Assembly (NCBI GenBank): GCA_963693365.1
Contig: CAVNZM010000006.1
Location: forward strand, 10,915,355 to 10,979,354
Reading direction: 5' to 3'
Length of the DNA stretch: 64,000 nucleotides
Source: Amoebidium appalachense
Lineage: Eukaryota; Protista; Ichthyosporea
Below, in pieces: positions 61,517 to 64,000 of this stretch. Made by a program: the position numbers and the translations under genes. Each line of letters begins with the position of its first letter. Position 1 is the stretch's first letter. The notes below the pieces were generated by a model that saw nothing but the letters and a program-made list of their open reading frames with translations, was not told the origin of the DNA and did no database searches.

Positions 61517-62431
61517 ATGGTCGAGACCAACTGTCAGTATGCCTTGAAACACTGGAAGTTTCTGAATCAAAACACATCATCTAGTACCCTACTCTTCCCC
61601 AGCGCATGGGGTATGCCTGAATCAAGTGTGCACTACAGCCCAACTAACCCACAGTGCTGCTCAGCTACAATGACATACTGCAGCAGGTATAACCACAAAG
61701 TGGCAACTGCCAACTACCTCCCCCCCCCCCCCCCCCCCCCTCCCACCAATCGATCCTCCACATCACCCCACTTTACACAAGAACAAATGCTTTGCACATG
61801 GGGATGTGTGGTTGAATGGCCCAAGCAATGCCCCTGCTACAGAACTAAATCATACCTCTGGGGATGTCTCCTGCCCAGGCGTCCTTGTCCATGCCATCGT
61901 CCTTGGTGTGATCTGCAGCCAATCACCGTTAGCCACGTGCAACAAATAATCTTGGCCTTTCTAGACATGCCAGCATGCATGCTTGATGGTGTGTTTGGAT
62001 TGCGCAGCAAGAATGGTTCAAGCATTAAGGCGAGAAACAGGAAAAGAGAAGAGAAATGGAATGGCATATGGGATATGTGAAGTTATAAATTCACCCAACA
62101 GAGCCTAAAGGCGCACTGTTGCTCTATAGAAACAGATGTGTGGATGTATGTGTGTATGGATGTCTGTATGCAAAGTGAGCGAGCACAAAAGAGCGAGGGG
62201 GAGCAAAAAGTGATACTATTGTGTAATTAGGGCTGCACCTTGCCAGATCTCGTTTATGTTGTGGACCACCTCGACCACACAGCGGCTACGGTAGATCTCC
62301 AACAGCAGCGGGTGGCTGATACCTGCAGCCACACAGTCACCACCCAGCCACTTAACATCTCCCTTTGCTCCACCTCCTTCCATCATAGCATCATACACGT
62401 CTCCCAGTCTTTCCTTTATATAGTTGACAAG

Positions 62432-62473
<42 letters not shown>

Positions 62474-64000
62474 CACACACACACACACGTACATACACAC
62501 ACCCGCCCCCCCCACCCCGTCTCCCCCTTCCCCCACCCCCACCCTTACCCCCTCCCCCCTCTCCCCCCAAACCCCACCCACACCACACACCACTACCCCA
62601 ACCACCGTTCCCCTCCACGTCACTTCCTCTTCTGCATCCTCACTAATCTGCCCTTTGCCACCGTCCTCCTCCTCGTACGGCCATCATTCACACCCCCACA
62701 ACCAACAAGCATGCAACATACAGTCATCGGCCGGGGCAGTGAACATGTCTCTGATGCTGCCTCGTGCTGTGCTCTTTGGGCCCTGCTGGGTGGGGGTGTG
62801 AGCTCATATGGCCCCTAGCCACATGCCATCTGCAACTAGGTGGTGTTCTTTCTCTTTCTCATGGGAAAGGGAAGTGGAGGAGAGAATGGTGGTGCATAGT
62901 TATGGATTGTAATTGGAAGAGAACTGCTGGGCTCGATATTTCCGGTTTTTGCATCTGCCGAAGGGGGGGGGGGAGGGGGGGGGGGGGGGGGGGGGGGGGC
63001 AAAAATTATTCTTTTTTTGTGTGGACGATTTCAGATCATATGGATTGACTTGTTGTGTTTTTCCCGGTGTTCTTATAGGGGGACGTATAACGTCCCCCAA
63101 CACCCCCCAACAGCCCCCCCCACCCCCCTTCTCTTCCCCACCTTCACCACCTTCACCGGGAAATAGCACGTTATTCTTTCTTTCTTTTCCGTCTCAGCAG
63201 CATTTTCTTTTTCCTGGGGGAGGGGAGGGGGGGGGGAGGGGGGGAGGGGGGGGGGGGGAGGGGGGAGCAGGAAGAGGCTAGGGGTTGATGAGTACATGTG
63301 ATTAGAAACACAACAGAGAGGAAGTAATGCATATATATGGGTACCGGGAAATGGCAAACCAGCACGATAGAGAAAAGGAAAACGGTACGGCGTCACGTGA
63401 CGGTATGCTTTAAGTGGGAGGAACCGGTGAAGGTGGCGAAGGTGGGGAAGAGAGGGGGGGGGGGGGGGGGGGGGGGGGGAAGAGGGGGAATGCAACCTTA
63501 GGGCCGACAACAGGGGGGCGGTAGGTGACTATGTCGTCCGTGTTGGCCAGGTTGTTGTGGAGGGTCTGGGAGTCGATCTGGGTTGCTGCATCGATCTTGG
63601 GCCCCTTGCGGAACCCCAGGGGGCCAGCACGTTTCTTGCGCCGGGCAGTACCTGGCACCTGGGCAGGAACAACCATCTGCAGGGTTTTTTTTTTTTTTTT
63701 TTTTTTTGGGGGGGGGGGGGGGGGGGTGAGGGTGAGGGTATTTTATGTGTGCATTCATCACATGGCCATCACATGGATGCATCCCGTATGATATTTGCAC
63801 GGGATAGATGGATCATATGGAAGGTAGAGGAATGGTGGGGGGGTTTGGTGCCCACTGAGGGAAGCAGGTGAGGAAAAGTGGATGGGTGGAGGGAGAAAGA
63901 GGGGGGGGGGGGGGAGGGAGGGAATGGGGAGTGGAGTTGGGGCGAGTGAATACCTCAGGCAGGCCCTCTGACTGCTGGATGACGGGGCTTACGGGGGCTG
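57926..64000 (-). CDS. Cohesin alpha-kleisin, Rad21/Rec8 family, Rec8-like (5' part lies beyond the window)
   Basis: Last exons 58491-58392 and 58027-57926 give the C-terminal winged helix VSFSSIAPPREPRIVAARALFQVLVLASTNYLRVQQDEPYDDIRITFG. Exon 63676-63497 gives RRKKR...IDAATQIDSQTLHNNLANTDDIV. Exons near 62785-62721 and 62321-62239 give MFTAPADDCISHPLLLEIYRSRC. Internal exons were not all resolved. Confidence 0.88.

Overview
Eukaryotic genomic DNA, very intron-rich, with introns full of poly-G/poly-C runs and (CA)n/(TG)n/(GA)n microsatellites. Nearly all of the supplied ORF track (poly-Pro, poly-Gly, HTHT, CVCV, RERE) is therefore non-coding artefact. The gene content (animal-type AKT, a syntenin-like tandem-PDZ protein) fits a holozoan/opisthokont, possibly a unicellular one such as an ichthyosporean; this taxonomic placement is inference only. 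The first ~17 kb is a nested transposon cluster. It holds two inverted copies of a ~1.05-kb non-autonomous TIR element with overlapping 8-bp TSDs, two 5'-truncated copies of a non-LTR retrotransposon that end in a ~195-bp module after the A-tract and carry 11-bp TSDs, a piggyBac-like pseudogene, and a 5-exon IS3EU-like DDE transposase gene. From ~20 kb the window is gene-rich: COA8/APOPT1 (-), an intron-poor HerA/FtsK-like ATPase with an N-terminal winged-helix/LOTUS-like domain (-) head-to-head with exosome subunit RRP4 (+), a 13-exon AKT/PKB with an acidic hydrophobic motif (+), a syntenin-like gene (-), two MITEs, and the 3' part of a Rec8/Rad21 kleisin (-). Gene models were spliced by hand from GT-AG signals and phase. 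Protein family calls rest on recognised motifs, not database searches. Homopolymer lengths may be affected by assembly error.
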